From Bdellovibrionales bacterium (lineage in GTDB: Bacteria > Bdellovibrionota > Bdellovibrionia > Bdellovibrionales > JAGQZY01): a stretch of DNA of 64,000 nt. Location: assembly GCA_964230645.1 (NCBI GenBank), contig CAXRHT010000003.1:585065-649064 (forward strand), read 5' to 3'. The translations under genes and the position numbers were made by a program. Shown in pieces: positions 7,597 through 16,266 of this stretch (its first letter is position 1; each line of letters begins with the position of its first letter). The notes under the pieces were generated by a model. The model did no database searches and was not told the DNA's origin. It worked only from the letters and a program-made list of their open reading frames with translations.

Positions 7597-10500
7597 TTAA
7601 AAGACATCTCGACACATGATGACCCCCGCATTCCCTTGGATGCGGTCAAAAGCCTGTTCCACCATAGGATTGGGTACATTCATGCGCCCCCTTTCCCGTT
7701 GAGCACTTTCACTACTCGTTAGGACGGTGGAATCGCGACGATCCAGGCGCTCTTGTTGTCGATCAAACTCTTCTCCGCTGGCGATCGCTGTGAAGCGCAC
7801 ATCGTTTTCTAAAAATTGATCCACACTCATTCGATCGAGAGTCAAATCGGCCCAGGTTTTGGCTTCACCTTGCTCACGTTTAATGAGTGCATTACGTCCT
7901 CTCAAGAAACTTTTTTTCCGGGCTAAGGAATCTTTAATATGACGACGTATCGTTCGGCGATCAAAATTATTTCCAAGCCACTTGTCCATTAAGTCTCTTG
8001 CGACTCGCCGAGTGTATGTTCCCACTTTTGCATTCTTGGTTTGATTAATAAGAAGGAATCGCTCCCACCACTTCCTTTGCCCCAACGAATAAACCTGCAC
8101 GTTTAACAGCAAATCAGAGACCATTTTTAGTACTTCCTCTGGAGCGTTCGCTGGAACTTGAAAGTTTCTGGATTCTAAGTGATTGAGATATTTAAGGTGC
8201 TCATAAAGTTGTGAGCGCGACCAGCCCACATGAGCAAGACGAGCTCTCAAAGAGACCTGCTCTAACACAAGCTGCTTCATTACGGCTTCCGTTAAGAGTG
8301 GAAGGGTCTTTTTTTGGTTTTCTGAAAGACCCTGATAACCCGTGATATAGCTTTCCATTTGTTGCACATTTCTCTCAAAACTTCGGGCCATAAGAGTTTC
8401 TAAAACGTTTTGGTCACTGAGAATGTATTGTTCACTGTTCATTTCCCAAAGAGGTAAGTTTGATAAGACGACATGGCCCATTTGAGCCTTTGGAGAACGC
8501 CAAACCTCAAGGTCTCCCTCATGGTAAGAGGTTCCAAACCAAGCTATATTCCACAGCACTCCGTGGCGTTTTATAACTTCTCCTTTAAAACGGTGCACGA
8601 CCACATTGTCTACATCGGACTGCTCGCCCATTACATAGTTGAAAAGTTGCTTTGCTTTTTTATAAAGATAATTCTCACTGGGTTTTGTAAAAAAGCGGCG
8701 ACGAGTAAGAGGAACACGCATTCCCAGTTCGTAGTAGGGGCGACCTTCAGCTTCTGCCAGGCTTATATCCTCTCCATTTTCAACAGCCTCCTTAAGATCA
8801 CCGAGGCTGGAGTACTCAAGCACACCGGGTGTGAGTTCTCTTGGTGAAATAAGGTCTTTTAAAGTCTGTCTCTGGGATGACTGGGAAACGATACGGAGAT
8901 TGATGCCATGCTCAACGGCCGCTCTCCTTAGATCATCAAGCTTTGCGTAATCCCAAACGTTTCTTGAGTTGTTTTCGTTTTGGCCAGATGTGTCTCCGAA
9001 ATCATTGGCTAAGAGAATGATCGTCTTTCCTTTAAAGTCTTCCGCTAAAGAGGTGCGATATTCAGAGTAGGGATCATTAGGATCTGCCACATCATTGAGG
9101 TCGGTCAGCCTTTCCATAAAAGAGATAAAGTTTTTATAAGAGAGGTCCCAAATATCCAAATCTGTTTGAAGGTAATCATGGGCGAGAGTTTTCCATGATT
9201 CATAGGCCGTTCTTCCCATACGATGATTGGTCACCAGAAGAAAATCAGAATCGGGAGTTTTCATATAGTCATCGGCTACACTTAGAGTATGAAGACGACT
9301 TTGAATTGTCTGTAGCTGTTGACCACTGTTTTGACCCAGGCGATCGATATCAAGATCGACTTTATTCACTGTTGTGCGATAAGAGTCAGCGGCCGGGCTT
9401 ACACCGACGACAAATTCTAAAATTTTAGACTGCCCACGACGGAGATTTAAGATTTCTTGAATAAAACCGTCTCCAATTTTTAAAGGCTCTCCGGCTTTGT
9501 TAAAGAACTCCACGTCGGTCGCTCCTAAATCGCCACCAATACGTTCAAAGTATTGAATCAGATGGCGACCAATTTCAGATTCGCCCCCAAAATCTTGGCC
9601 TGAGACATTGGTGACTTTTAAAATAAACCGGCCAGCCTCTCCTCGCGCTAAACTGGGAGGAGTATCGATGGGCTCAATTAAAACAGGGAACTGTACTGTA
9701 AACTCTTTTACGCCCTCAGGGCTTTGATTAAATTCAGGGATCACGCGAGCCACCTGAGCCACATCCGCTGTCCCTTTAGGACGAATCATTTCCTGGCGCA
9801 CAAAGGGCTCTTGGGTTGGGCCCGTGAATAAATAATCTTTTACGTTGAACTCGATCTCTAGGGGATCTCCATTTTCTGTCTGTACTTGGCGGACCTCTCC
9901 TGGCTCTAGACCCTCCGGGAGTGAAAATTCAATTTCATCAGTGACATAGTATGCACCACTCGCAACCTTCACCCGGGCTTTTGCGTTCGCTGGTGTCGGC
10001 ATATCTCCTAAGTTTCTAACAAAAATATCTTTTAAGTATCCTTTTTCACCCGGTTCAAAAATTCCATCGGATTTTTCTCCACGGTTCACATCCACAAATG
10101 AAAACCCTGCCAGCTGTAGACGAAAGCGATCTCTGTGGGTGGAAATCACCTCACCATTGTCACCGATAATTTCCCACTCGACCGTTCCGGTGTTTCCATC
10201 ATCCCCTCGGTAAAGCGGGGAGTTCTCCTCATTGCCATCACTTCCAGAAGAGCCACTGAAACCATTGGGGGCCTGCTTGGTTACGGTAACAGTATAAGTT
10301 TCTGTTGAGGTGTTACCGTCACTATCGGTTGTTGTTCGGGTTCGGGTTTCTTGTTCTTGATAAGTACCGCCCATGCCACCTGAGCCGCCACTCCCACCAT
10401 CACCCGCTCTTCCATGCTCGCCATGTTCACCACCTAATCCAGCGGGGGTAAGAGGGTCGATCACCCAAGCTAATTCTAGATGGTCAACAGGGAGTTGAAT

Positions 10501-11163
10501 TTTTAGGTGGCCTCCATCGGCACCATCAGCGCCATCGGCGGCTGTGCCGGCATCACCACCGCGACCACCGTTACCACCATCGCCGCCGCGTTGGTTTCCA
10601 ATACCGTTGCCACCGTCACCGCCGTCACCACCATTTTCGCCCCAGCCACCGTAACCGCCCATGCCTCCATTTCCTCCGCGGGCGACAAGACGAATAAAAC
10701 CATTTTCATCAATATAGACTTTACGTTTTCCAAACTCGATTTCATTGCCATCGTCGGCTCTTAAATAGCCATCAATCGTCAGCAGTCCCACGACAGAATC
10801 CGTTGTCCCGAAACGAAAAAAACCTTCTCCAGCTCTCTCACCAGGTGCAGCTTCTTCTCCGGCCCCGCCATCTCGACCGTCTCTACCATTTGAGCCATCA
10901 CCCCCAGCAAAACCACTACTTCCATCCGAGGCTTGCTGACCACGAAAGCTCACCCCGTCTTGCCCGTCGTCTCCTTTGACTCCGGAGACACTGAATTCAA
11001 AAAGGGTGTCTGACCATCGAGACCCCTGTTGAATATAGAGGCCGTCGCTATCGGTTCTGGTTTCTCTCAAATTATCGTCATCAGCAAAAACGAATGAAAA
11101 AGTGAAAAACGTCACAACGGCGAGGGCATGTTTAAACTTTTGACATTTTAGTGTCCTGAGCAT
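7597..11163 (-). CDS. Large secreted protein with Gly-rich/collagen-like region and DUF7932-like globular part
   Basis: Start likely ATG 11163 (GGAG RBS; signal ending ..FSFVFA). GxxG repeats, then DGIFEPGE..VRNLGDMPTP and DFLLVTN..LDIWDLS motifs. The family assignment is from memory. Confidence 0.65.
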   Translation of the reverse strand: MLRTLKCQKFKHALAVVTFFTFSFVFADDDNLRETRTDSDGLYIQQGSRWSDTLFEFSVSGVKGDDGQDGVSFRGQQASDGSSGFAGGDGSNGRDGRDGGAGEEAAPGERAGEGFFRFGTTDSVVGLLTIDGYLRADDGNEIEFGKRKVYIDENGFIRLVARGGNGGMGGYGGWGENGGDGGDGGNGIGNQRGGDGGNGGRGGDAGTAADGADGADGGHLKIQLPVDHLELAWVIDPLTPAGLGGEHGEHGRAGDGGSGGSGGMGGTYQEQETRTRTTTDSDGNTSTETYTVTVTKQAPNGFSGSSGSDGNEENSPLYRGDDGNTGTVEWEIIGDNGEVISTHRDRFRLQLAGFSFVDVNRGEKSDGIFEPGEKGYLKDIFVRNLGDMPTPANAKARVKVASGAYYVTDEIEFSLPEGLEPGEVRQVQTENGDPLEIEFNVKDYLFTGPTQEPFVRQEMIRPKGTADVAQVARVIPEFNQSPEGVKEFTVQFPVLIEPIDTPPSLARGEAGRFILKVTNVSGQDFGGESEIGRHLIQYFERIGGDLGATDVEFFNKAGEPLKIGDGFIQEILNLRRGQSKILEFVVGVSPAADSYRTTVNKVDLDIDRLGQNSGQQLQTIQSRLHTLSVADDYMKTPDSDFLLVTNHRMGRTAYESWKTLAHDYLQTDLDIWDLSYKNFISFMERLTDLNDVADPNDPYSEYRTSLAEDFKGKTIILLANDFGDTSGQNENNSRNVWDYAKLDDLRRAAVEHGINLRIVSQSSQRQTLKDLISPRELTPGVLEYSSLGDLKEAVENGEDISLAEAEGRPYYELGMRVPLTRRRFFTKPSENYLYKKAKQLFNYVMGEQSDVDNVVVHRFKGEVIKRHGVLWNIAWFGTSYHEGDLEVWRSPKAQMGHVVLSNLPLWEMNSEQYILSDQNVLETLMARSFERNVQQMESYITGYQGLSENQKKTLPLLTEAVMKQLVLEQVSLRARLAHVGWSRSQLYEHLKYLNHLESRNFQVPANAPEEVLKMVSDLLLNVQVYSLGQRKWWERFLLINQTKNAKVGTYTRRVARDLMDKWLGNNFDRRTIRRHIKDSLARKKSFLRGRNALIKREQGEAKTWADLTLDRMSVDQFLENDVRFTAIASGEEFDRQQERLDRRDSTVLTSSESAQRERGRMNVPNPMVEQAFDRIQGNAGVIMCRDVF

Positions 11164-11308
11164 GGGTTTACTCCAAAATATGTGGGGCCCAGTGGGGCAT
11201 TTAAAAAAATCTACGAATAAGACTCTGAAAATGCAGGGCTTGTGCCAGGGCAAAGAGAATGCTTTAGAAAATATGTCGTAAAATTGCGATGGGGTAGGGA
11301 GAAAAGAA

Positions 11309-11337
11309 AAAGCCAGCATTCTTAAAAAGCTGGCTTT
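11309..11337 (-). terminator. Rho-independent terminator after hpt
   Basis: AAAGCCAGC/GCTGGCTTT stem followed on the minus strand by a T-rich tract. Confidence 0.65.
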
Positions 11338-11367
11338 GGCAATCCATTGTCTGTTTATGACTGGAGT

Positions 11368-11898
11368 TTAATTAAAATCAGAACTTTGAGCAATATAAGG
11401 AAGATTGCGATAGTAGCCTTGGTAATCGAGTCCGTACCCAACGACAAAGCGATTTTCTATTTCAAAGCCGACATGATCAATCGTGCAATCGGTTTTCAAT
11501 GCGGCTGGCTTAAAAAGAAGGGAAGTGGTGACCAATCGTTTTGGCATACGGGCTTGAATGTTCTTTTTAAGATAATTCATAGTAAGACCGGTATCGACGA
11601 TGTCTTCAACAAGTAAAACATTTTTTCCTTCTAAGGGAACAGTGAGATCCAAAGTCGTTTTTACTTCTCCAGAGGATTGAGTGGTGCCACCATAAGAAGA
11701 GACTCCAAAAAATTCGCATTGAATATCAAGGTCCATACTTCTCACTAAATCCGCAAAATACATGCAAGAACCTTTAAGAATACAAATCGCGGTAAGGTCT
11801 TCTCCTTTGAACTCGTCAGTGAGTTTCTTGCCAATTTCTGAGACCTTTTTTTCAATGTCTTCGGCACTAATTAGTTCTGTGAGATTTAATGGTTTCAT
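11368..11898 (-). CDS. hpt: Hypoxanthine phosphoribosyltransferase
   Basis: ILKGS, VSSYG, PRPP motif VLLVEDIVDTGLT, FVVGYGLDY..YRNLPYI. Confidence 0.95.
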   Translation of the reverse strand: MKPLNLTELISAEDIEKKVSEIGKKLTDEFKGEDLTAICILKGSCMYFADLVRSMDLDIQCEFFGVSSYGGTTQSSGEVKTTLDLTVPLEGKNVLLVEDIVDTGLTMNYLKKNIQARMPKRLVTTSLLFKPAALKTDCTIDHVGFEIENRFVVGYGLDYQGYYRNLPYIAQSSDFN

Positions 11899-11916
11899 GG
11901 CTAAAAACTCCCCTTT

Positions 11917-12723
11917 TTAAACAAACGAATTATTGATCAACTCTCCCACACCTCCGGCCCCGGGGACAATATACTGGCTGTCATTGAGGCCTTTTTCTTC
12001 GTCCCAGTGCTTTCCTGGCACCTCACTCAGCACTTTTTCGGGCGAAAAGCCGCGATCAAGCCTGGCGGAGTAGACGATAACATCAGGATGGGTTTCGGTA
12101 ATCTTTCTTATAAATTCCGGTGTGATAATCATATGAGCGGAGATGATTTGGCGAGCTTTGCCGTCGACCTTATTTTTGTAGTGGTCGATCACCTCACATA
12201 AAGAGGAGCCTGTGGCACCCATCGGATCGGGGATCAGTAAGATAGCGTCATCCACATCTCCTCCGATTTTTGAAGAATTCAACTCTGTGTGGGTGACCTC
12301 TCCTTTTTCATTGGTCACTCTTGAAGCAAAAATATGATCCAGCCTTAAACCTTGAGGAGTCACAATTTCATTGAGTTCATCAAAAAATATTTGAGCCGGT
12401 AGCATTCCCGCACGCGCCACATCAACACAAACGGCTTTCTGAGAGATTTCAAAGAAGGTCTCTTTTAGTTTCACTTCCGGATGCATCGTGGTCATTCTTG
12501 TAGGCCGCTCTTCTTCCTTCTTTGGCCACTGACCGTTCATGATCTGAATAAAGAGTTGTTTAAAAATCTTTTTGATATAGCGGTTAAACTGGGGTTGGCC
12601 ACAATTCTCACCCGAGGCCACGCCACAAAGGTGATTTAGGTAAGGGTCGTCGAGAAGGACAATATTTTCTGGATACTCATGTTTGATTTGTAGAGGCTGC
12701 CAAGACATGGCCCCTATGTACAC
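11917..12723 (-). CDS. upp: Uracil phosphoribosyltransferase (divergent type)
   Basis: ARAG, PRPP motif IPDPMGATGSS, GLNDSQYIVPGAGGVGE; adjacent to hpt. Confidence 0.8.
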   Translation of the reverse strand: MYIGAMSWQPLQIKHEYPENIVLLDDPYLNHLCGVASGENCGQPQFNRYIKKIFKQLFIQIMNGQWPKKEEERPTRMTTMHPEVKLKETFFEISQKAVCVDVARAGMLPAQIFFDELNEIVTPQGLRLDHIFASRVTNEKGEVTHTELNSSKIGGDVDDAILLIPDPMGATGSSLCEVIDHYKNKVDGKARQIISAHMIITPEFIRKITETHPDVIVYSARLDRGFSPEKVLSEVPGKHWDEEKGLNDSQYIVPGAGGVGELINNSFV

Positions 12724-13680
12724 TCACTTCACTTCAAGGACAAGGGCGATGTCGCTTAAGGAATCCATGAATTCCTCATTGTTAAGAATCTGGAGCTTGC
12801 GGCTTCCTTCAAAGAGATTCCTCTCTTCTTGAGTAAAATCAAGATCATGCACGCCAATATCCACGATAAAAGCGCTGTCCTGAGTTCGCATATTAATGTC
12901 AAAGGTCAGTGGGGGAGAGGGTTCCTCGTCTAATTTTAGCTGATTCCAAAATCGAACCTCAGCTTTAATGGATTCAGGGCTTGAGTCTTCAGCAACAATC
13001 ACCTGGGCATAGAAACCAAAATTGAGTCCCGTTTCTAGATCCTGCTCGCCTATGAATAAATTAACGGGCTCTCCCAATTGGTACTGTTTTCTCTGGTTTC
13101 CGAAACTATTAAACTCTTGTTTATTGCTTCCCCGAAATTGAGTGGCAAATTGATCGGTTACTATAAAAACTCCCTGTTCCAGTTTGCGAGCGGACTGAGA
13201 GAGAGTCTCCAAACCGTTTCGAGTGATACTGTAAACTTTCACACTCAATTGTTTTTGTAATTGCGGTGCTGAATTTTCGGATGGTGGTGGGTTTTGCCTA
13301 AGAGAAGCCTGCTCTGAGGGCGCTTGCCGTCCTTGTAGGTTTTGCACACTTTCAGTTTCACTTTGAAAGCTTTCAACCGCTTGCGGCTCACTGACGGAAT
13401 CATCTCTAGCAATGGTAGAGGAGACGGGAGGAAGATTACTGCGGCTATCTGTCTTATCGGTGCGAGGAATAAAGTTATCTCTTAAAACAACGACGAATAT
13501 AACCAGGAACAATAAACCCAACTGAACCATCCAATTTCCCAAGATTTTTTTCCATCTTGGTTTTTGTGGGGGTTCATAGGACTCCATATTGATCCCACAT
13601 CCAGCGCAATACTGGTCCTTGGGTTGGAGCAAGTTACATTTGGGACAATTAATCATCATGATTGGGTCCTGGTTCGCCAA
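12724..13680 (-). CDS. Membrane-anchored hypothetical protein with N-terminal zinc ribbon
   Basis: CPKC...CAGC, one TM helix, low-complexity linker, C-terminal domain. Confidence 0.65.
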   Translation of the reverse strand: MANQDPIMMINCPKCNLLQPKDQYCAGCGINMESYEPPQKPRWKKILGNWMVQLGLLFLVIFVVVLRDNFIPRTDKTDSRSNLPPVSSTIARDDSVSEPQAVESFQSETESVQNLQGRQAPSEQASLRQNPPPSENSAPQLQKQLSVKVYSITRNGLETLSQSARKLEQGVFIVTDQFATQFRGSNKQEFNSFGNQRKQYQLGEPVNLFIGEQDLETGLNFGFYAQVIVAEDSSPESIKAEVRFWNQLKLDEEPSPPLTFDINMRTQDSAFIVDIGVHDLDFTQEERNLFEGSRKLQILNNEEFMDSLSDIALVLEVK

Positions 13681-13729
13681 ATTAAGTTTAGCACAGCCAG
13701 ACCGAGGGTAAGGCGGAATTCTGACAAAT

Positions 13730-13801
13730 TTGACGCCATACGTCGAATGCCGTAAAGTGGAGAAAAGTGGGAAAAAGTGGAACCAAAGTGGTTCAAAGTG
13801 G
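13730..13801 (+). promoter_or_regulatory. dcw promoter with five MraZ-binding boxes
   Basis: TTGACG (13730-35), 17-nt spacer, TAAAGT (13753-58). AAAGTGG at 13754, 13764, 13774, 13785 and 13795 (10-11-bp period), matching the known GTGG-type MraZ operator repeats. Confidence 0.8.
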
Positions 13802-13828
13802 AATTCCCAGCAAACCTAGGACGGGTAA

Positions 13829-14293
13829 GTGGAAGAGCTAAGAGGGCGATTCGAAATTAAGATGGATCAGAAAGGAAGAATGAACTTCCCTTCCGCCCTT
13901 TTCAACGAGGAAAACTCGTCCTTTGTCGTAACCAATAGTCAGTACCAAGGATGCCGTTGTCTGGACATATATCCCAAACAAGAGTGGGAAAAGCTGGAAA
14001 AGAAAATTTCCGGACTTTCGCCACTTAAAAAAGAGGTCCAAGCATTTCAACGTTTCTACATCGCTGGCGGACAACCAATCGAGGCCGGGAACAAAGGTCG
14101 AGTTCTCATTCCTAAAAGCTTAAGGGAGTACGCAAACCTCCAAGACGAGATCGTCATTGTGGGAATGGGCACAAAATTAGAAGTTTGGAACCTTGCCGAT
14201 TGGAACAAAATCTTTGATAACTTGGCCAGCGATTTCGAAGACACTCTTGGAGTGATCGCGAATCTGGATATGGGAGTAGAAAATGCATCATAA
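13829..14293 (+). CDS. mraZ: Division/cell wall cluster transcriptional repressor MraZ
   Basis: DQKGR, CLDIYP..EW, GRVLIP..LREYANL, GMGTKLEVW; first gene of dcw. Confidence 0.92.
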   Translation: MEELRGRFEIKMDQKGRMNFPSALFNEENSSFVVTNSQYQGCRCLDIYPKQEWEKLEKKISGLSPLKKEVQAFQRFYIAGGQPIEAGNKGRVLIPKSLREYANLQDEIVIVGMGTKLEVWNLADWNKIFDNLASDFEDTLGVIANLDMGVENAS

Positions 14294-15215
14294 TAACAAC
14301 AACAATAATAATCATTATCCCGTAATGCTAAACGAAGTAATGGAAATGTTTTCCCAAGCCAATGTGGAAAAGCCTAAAAACTATCTTGATGGAACTTTCG
14401 GACGTGGAGGGCACGCCGAAAAAGTATCCAGCCAATTTCCTGAACTTGATATCTATGCCCTTGATAAAGATAAAGAAGCCATTGATTTTGCTAAAAAGAA
14501 TTGGGAGCAACAATCAAAGGCTAAAAAATTCTTTATCGAACAAGCCAGTTTCAACAGTCTCGATAAAGTGATCGAGAACCGCAACTGGCCTCAAAAGTAT
14601 GACATGATTCTCTTGGACCTTGGTGTCAGTTCCCCCCAATTGGACCAAGGTTCGAGAGGTTTTTCTTTTTATCATCAGGGTCCCCTCGATATGAGAATGG
14701 ACCAACGCTCACCCTTAACGGCTGAGGAAATTATTAACTATTGGAGTGAAGAAGAGCTTGTCGATATCTTTAAAGATTACGGCGAAGTTTTTAAACCCTA
14801 CAATGTTGTAAAAACAATTCTTCGTGAAAGAAAAAAGAACACGATTTCTTCTACTCAAGAGCTTTCAAGCCTTATTGAAAAGTCTATTGGTTGGAGAAAA
14901 AAAGGGAAGCACCCGGCCACGAAGTACTTTATGGCTTTAAGGCTTGTGGTGAACAAGGAGCTGGAAGACCTAAAAGACGGTCTACAAACGCTTATGAAGC
15001 GTCTTGTTCCCGGTGGCCGTTTAGTAGTTATCACTTTCCATTCTTTAGAAGATCGTATCGTAAAACAAGTTTTTAGGAATTCTGACTACGGACAGCCAGT
15101 TAATAAGAAAGTGGTTAAACCCACTAGAGACGAGCAACTGGAAAACCGCAGATCGCGAAGTGCTAAGCTTCGCGCCTTTGAGAGAATTATTGAAGAAAGT
15201 ATTAAAGATTTATAA
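14283..15215 (+). CDS. rsmH: 16S rRNA m4C1402 methyltransferase
   Basis: HYPVM, DGTFGRGGHA, DLGVSSPQLD, GPLDMRMD, ITFHSLEDRIVK, RSRSAKLR. Confidence 0.95.
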   Translation: MHHNNNNNNNHYPVMLNEVMEMFSQANVEKPKNYLDGTFGRGGHAEKVSSQFPELDIYALDKDKEAIDFAKKNWEQQSKAKKFFIEQASFNSLDKVIENRNWPQKYDMILLDLGVSSPQLDQGSRGFSFYHQGPLDMRMDQRSPLTAEEIINYWSEEELVDIFKDYGEVFKPYNVVKTILRERKKNTISSTQELSSLIEKSIGWRKKGKHPATKYFMALRLVVNKELEDLKDGLQTLMKRLVPGGRLVVITFHSLEDRIVKQVFRNSDYGQPVNKKVVKPTRDEQLENRRSRSAKLRAFERIIEESIKDL

Positions 15216-15265
15216 AAATTATTGGAATCACGAAGAGCCCAAACAGAAAAGATCAGGAGGATCAA

Positions 15266-15565
15266 ATGAGTCGAGAGCAAGCCAAATCAATTAAGCCATT
15301 TATTAGTGTCATTCTATTTATGTGTTTTATGTTCACATTTGCTTTTGTGAAAATGGAAAACAGAAGAATGGGATATTCTTTTATGAAACTCGCCCACCAG
15401 GAAAAACTCATGCGTAACAAACAAAGAGAAAAATCCATCCAATTAGCTCGCATGACTGGCCCTGAAAGACTGCAACTCGTTGCCACTCAAAAACTTCCCT
15501 TGAAAAAGGCGGATGCCAGTCAAATAATCCAGATGACTGGTGATGGAATGGCGATTGTTCAATAA
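15266..15565 (+). CDS. ftsL: Cell division protein FtsL-like
   Basis: Short N-tail, single TM, coiled segment; located after rsmH. Confidence 0.7.
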   Translation: MSREQAKSIKPFISVILFMCFMFTFAFVKMENRRMGYSFMKLAHQEKLMRNKQREKSIQLARMTGPERLQLVATQKLPLKKADASQIIQMTGDGMAIVQ

Positions 15566-15617
15566 AAACTTTAACCGACTCTGATTTCTAAACGTCTCCT
15601 AAAGTAGGAGGGAGATT

Positions 15618-16190
15618 TTGCTCATTTTAAGATTTTTTTTCTGTATTCTGATTTTATTTTTTTCTGTCGCCTGCGAAAGGTCCACGCTGGAATGGGTTTC
15701 TAGTGGGGGAAATCAAGGCAGTGAGATTCCTGCTGACGGCAATCAGGGAGAAAGTGAAGACGTTGTCGTCCCTTCACAAATTTTACTTCATGCCCAGAAG
15801 TCTTATAACCCAAGTCGTTGGCGCGACGGTTCTTATGTGATCAAAAACGAGATCGGCAATCTCGAATTTTTAAAGGTGAGTCTACCGACAGAAATCCCTG
15901 TGACCTCAGGCAATGCCGGCAATCACCGCGTGACCCTTTTTATTGATTTTCAAGGTGGCTCGCTTGAGTGCTATTATAAAGGAGGTGCGGACATCAATAA
16001 GCCCCTTCAAAGTGGCAACAGTTCACAAATTGAAAAAGGTAAAAAATATCTTTTTGAAGAGTGCAGCGATGGGAGCGAACCTGGTGACCTTATTAAGGCG
16101 CAAAAAAACTTCCTTTTAACAATCAATAATGGTGACAGTTCAAAAACAACGTCCATTCGCATGCCCATTCAAGTGGATTCCTACAATTAA
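15618..16190 (+). CDS. Hypothetical lipoprotein
   Basis: RBS AGGAGG, TTG start, lipobox SVAC; no recognised domain. Confidence 0.65.
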   Translation: MLILRFFFCILILFFSVACERSTLEWVSSGGNQGSEIPADGNQGESEDVVVPSQILLHAQKSYNPSRWRDGSYVIKNEIGNLEFLKVSLPTEIPVTSGNAGNHRVTLFIDFQGGSLECYYKGGADINKPLQSGNSSQIEKGKKYLFEECSDGSEPGDLIKAQKNFLLTINNGDSSKTTSIRMPIQVDSYN

Positions 16191-16266
16191 AATTCAACAA
16201 ATAAAATCTTAGGAAAAGCCTCTACAGGTTGCCCTCTCAACCAATCACTGTATAATTGAATAAAGG

